64,000 nt of DNA. Source: Octopus vulgaris. Its lineage: Eukaryota. The notes under the pieces are model-generated. The model saw only the letters and a list, made by a program, of their open reading frames with translations, was not told the origin of the DNA and did no database searches. Where the stretch lies: positions 4,464,001 through 4,528,000 of the forward strand of contig OX597842.1 of the NCBI GenBank assembly GCA_951406725.2. The letters are read 5' to 3'. This document shows, in pieces, positions 60,426-64,000 of the stretch. The translations under genes and the position numbers were made by a program. Each line of letters begins with the position of its first letter. Positions within the stretch are counted from its first letter, which is position 1.

Positions 60426-60477
60426 CATATATATATACATATATATATATATATACATATATACATATATATATATA

Positions 60478-60514
<37 letters not shown>

Positions 60515-60725
60515 CTATATATATATACATACACATATATATATATATATATCATCATCATCATCATCATCATTTAGCGTCCGTTTCCATAGCATGGGTT
60601 GGACGTTCAACTGGGTCTATGCACCATAGTCAGATAGAAACACTGCCAGATCTGATGTATATATATATATGTGCATGAAAACGATATATATATATATGAT
60701 GTATGTATATATGTATATAGATATA

Positions 60726-60775
<50 letters not shown>

Positions 60776-60850
60776 GTATATATATATATATACACACACA
60801 TATATGTATATGTATATATATATATATACACAAATGCAGACACAGACATG

Positions 60851-60884
<34 letters not shown>

Positions 60885-60892
60885 TATATAAG

Positions 60893-60926
<34 letters not shown>

Positions 60927-61006
60927 TGTATATGTATATATGTGTATATATATATACATATATATACATACATACATACATATACAAATACAGACACAGA
61001 CATGTA

Positions 61007-61039
<33 letters not shown>

Positions 61040-61204
61040 AATACACACACACACACACACATTTATTAATGTGCATCCACACCCTACATAGACTCACAAA
61101 TAAACATACAGTGATATAAAACATACACACACAAGTTCGAAACAGCTGATATCAAAATAAGGTGGTGCATACGGTTCCTACCACATTCCACGTAGACATG
61201 AACA

Positions 61205-61340
61205 TGGAACGGCTCTTGTTATGGGATTAGCAATTAGCCTTGGAGAATTCCATGTCTTTAGAACATGTGTTGTTTCTGAAACACAGTCTCTACTGACTAG
61301 TTGTTCTCCAAGATGAAATCCCATAATATGTACCGTTCCA
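61205..61340. repeat. Imperfect inverted repeat / old MITE-like hairpin
   Basis: tggaacgg..ttatgggatt..cttggagaa versus ttctccaag..aatcccataa..ccgttcca. Confidence 0.65.
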
Positions 61341-61893
61341 GGGTTTTGTGTGCATGTGTATATAATACATACATTCACATCATTTATATATGTATTTATA
61401 TACTCATACACTAGCAAATACAGGTAGTAATAAAAATGTGTATAGTCTCATATATATACCTTTATTTTTTATCTTTTACTTGTTTCAGTCATTAAATTGT
61501 GGCCATGCTGGGGCACTGCCATGGAGAATTTTTTTAGACTAATGACTCTATCCCAGTACTTATTTTTTTGTTAAGCCTGGTACTAATTCTATTGGGTTTT
61601 TTTGTCAAACTGCTAGATTATGGGAACATAAACACAGCAATACCAGTTGTCAAACGGTGGTAGGAGGCAAACACAAACACAAACACATACACAGAGGCAA
61701 ATCAAAAGTTTTCCAGGCTAAAGTTTTAATAACAAACAATTAAGAAAAATCCTTAATGCAAAATTTTCAACTTGGCCATATATCCAATAACCACAAACAC
61801 ACATATGTATACATATACAACTTACATTTGCATATACATTATGATGTGTGGATGTGTATGTATATTCATATGTGTGTGTTTATGTTTGTATGG

Positions 61894-61966
<73 letters not shown>

Positions 61967-63517
61967 GTGTTTTTCATCCAAATATTTTTACAAAAGAAAT
62001 ACAATAATATTAATTATATTGAAATAAAAACATAAGCCCCACTTCTTTCTTTTTTTATCTCTCTCTCTCTCTCTCTCTCTATCAAGCAATCTTTCTGTCT
62101 GTCTGTCAATCTATTCTATTCTATCCTATTTTATATATATAACTACTTGTCAATCAATCAAAAAATTTATCAGTCAATCACCATCAATCAAGCTTATTTT
62201 GTAGTTCTGTAATTTGGTACAGCTTCTTGTGTCTGCGCTAATTGCTTCTTATTATCACATTAATCATCATCATTATCATCATCATATTTGTCGGTTACCA
62301 TTATAATAATGTATGTATTATTCATTTCAAACTCTTGACTCTCATATTTAAAATAGAAAAAGAAATCATCATCATCATCATCATCATTCGCATCATCATC
62401 ATCATTGTCGTCATCATTATTATCATTATTATTATTATTATATCATTATTATTATTCAAGGCAGCAAGCTAGCAGAACCATTAAAACACCAGACAAAATG
62501 CCTTTCATCCCTTCAGGGTCAATAAAATATGTACCAGTTGTGTACTGGGGTCAATGTAATTGACTCATTCCTGCCCCTGAAATTGCTGGCCTTGTACCTT
62601 TAGAAGAAAGGATTATTATTAACAATCATGTCTTAGATTTTTGGTTATTGTTTACTTTATTTTCATCTAGTTGATGATGATGATAATTTTTTTCTCATTT
62701 TGCCACTAAGCCAAAACTTAAGGAGTGGGGCCAGTTTATTGTCTCCCAAAAGGATTAAATACAAGGTTGATCTCGGTTGAATTTGAACCAAGATCCTGAA
62801 CGTACAGAATGCAAACTGAAATGCATGTTTTGTCTGATGTTCTGAGGATTCTGTCAATTCACTGCAATAATAATAATAATAATAATATTCTAAATGCACA
62901 AGGCCTGAAATTTGGTGGGTGGGGGCCAATTGACTTCATTGACAACAGTTTTTTACTGGTACTTAATTTTTTGACCCTGAAAAGATGAAAGGCAAAGTCA
63001 ACCTTGGCAGAATTTGAACTCAGAACACTCTTTTACTCTTTTACTTGTTTCAGTCATTTGACTGCGGCCATGCTGGAGCACCGCCTTTAGTCGAGCAAAT
63101 TGACCCCGGGACTTATTCTTTGTAAGCCCGGTACTTATTCTATCGGTCTCTTTTGCCGAACCGCTAAGTGACGGGGACGTAAACACACCAGCATCGGTTG
63201 TCAAGCAATGCTAGGGGGACAAACACACATGCACACACACATAGACACACACATACATATATATATATAGACATATATACGACAGGCTTCTTTCAGTTTC
63301 CGTCTACCAAATCCACTCACAAGGCTTTGGTCGGCCCGGGGCTATAGCAGAAGACACTTGCCCAAGATGCCACGCAGTGGGACTGAACCCGGAACCATGT
63401 GGTTGGTTAGCAAGCTACTTACCACACAGCCACTCCTGCGCCTATAACACAAAGACAGATAAAATACCACTATGCATTTTGCCCGGTGTGCTAACAATTC
63501 TGTCAGCCCACCACCTT

Positions 63518-63561
<44 letters not shown>

Positions 63562-63784
63562 CCTTTCTACTAAAGGCACAAGGCCCGAAATTTTAGGGGA
63601 GGGGACCAGTCAAATTGCATCGAAAACTCCCCCTCCCAGTGACTAACAGGTACTTATTTTATCAACCCTGAAAGGATGAAATGTAAAGTCAGCTTCAGGA
63701 GAATTTGAACTCAGAACCTGGAGACAGAAGAAATGCAGTTAAGCATTTTATCCAGGGTGCTAACAATTCTGCCAGTTCGCTGCC

Positions 63785-63819
<35 letters not shown>

Positions 63820-64000
63820 GGCTTCAAATTTTGCCACAAGGGTAGCCATTTTGGGGGAGGCGATGTGTCGATTGCACTAAAAAGATGAAAGGCAAAGTTG
63901 ACCTCGGCAGAATTTGAACTCAGAATGTAGTGACAGGCGAAATACTGCTAAGCATTTTGCCCAGCGTGCTAACAAGTCTGCCAACTTACCACCATAATAA

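Overview
This is eukaryotic, AT-rich, microsatellite-saturated DNA. The SINE repertoire suggests an octopus or other coleoid cephalopod (inference). Almost all ORFs in the supplied track are simple-repeat artefacts. The one real gene is a + strand UNC-5 netrin receptor. Five coding exons were traced by hand with consistent splice phases: signal peptide 18386-18446, Ig1 42997-43428, Ig2 47196-47299 and 55443-55623, and TSP1 57519-57686. The gene continues beyond the window. The rest is tRNA-derived SINEs, mariner/Tc1 and LINE remnants, MITE-like foldbacks and a ~120-bp SINE-tail satellite. The most striking hidden signal is a set of at least six sequence-distinct families of type I hammerhead ribozymes, carried by mostly (TA)n-associated Penelope-like or retrozyme-like elements. 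Highlights are: a non-coding, terminally redundant ~650-bp hammerhead element in inverted-dimer form between kilobase TA arrays; two families with a CCGANGA core variant; and an insertion whose inverted copy begins within 2 nt of the predicted ribozyme cleavage site and has captured local flanking DNA. All alignments and folds were done by eye. No database searches were run.
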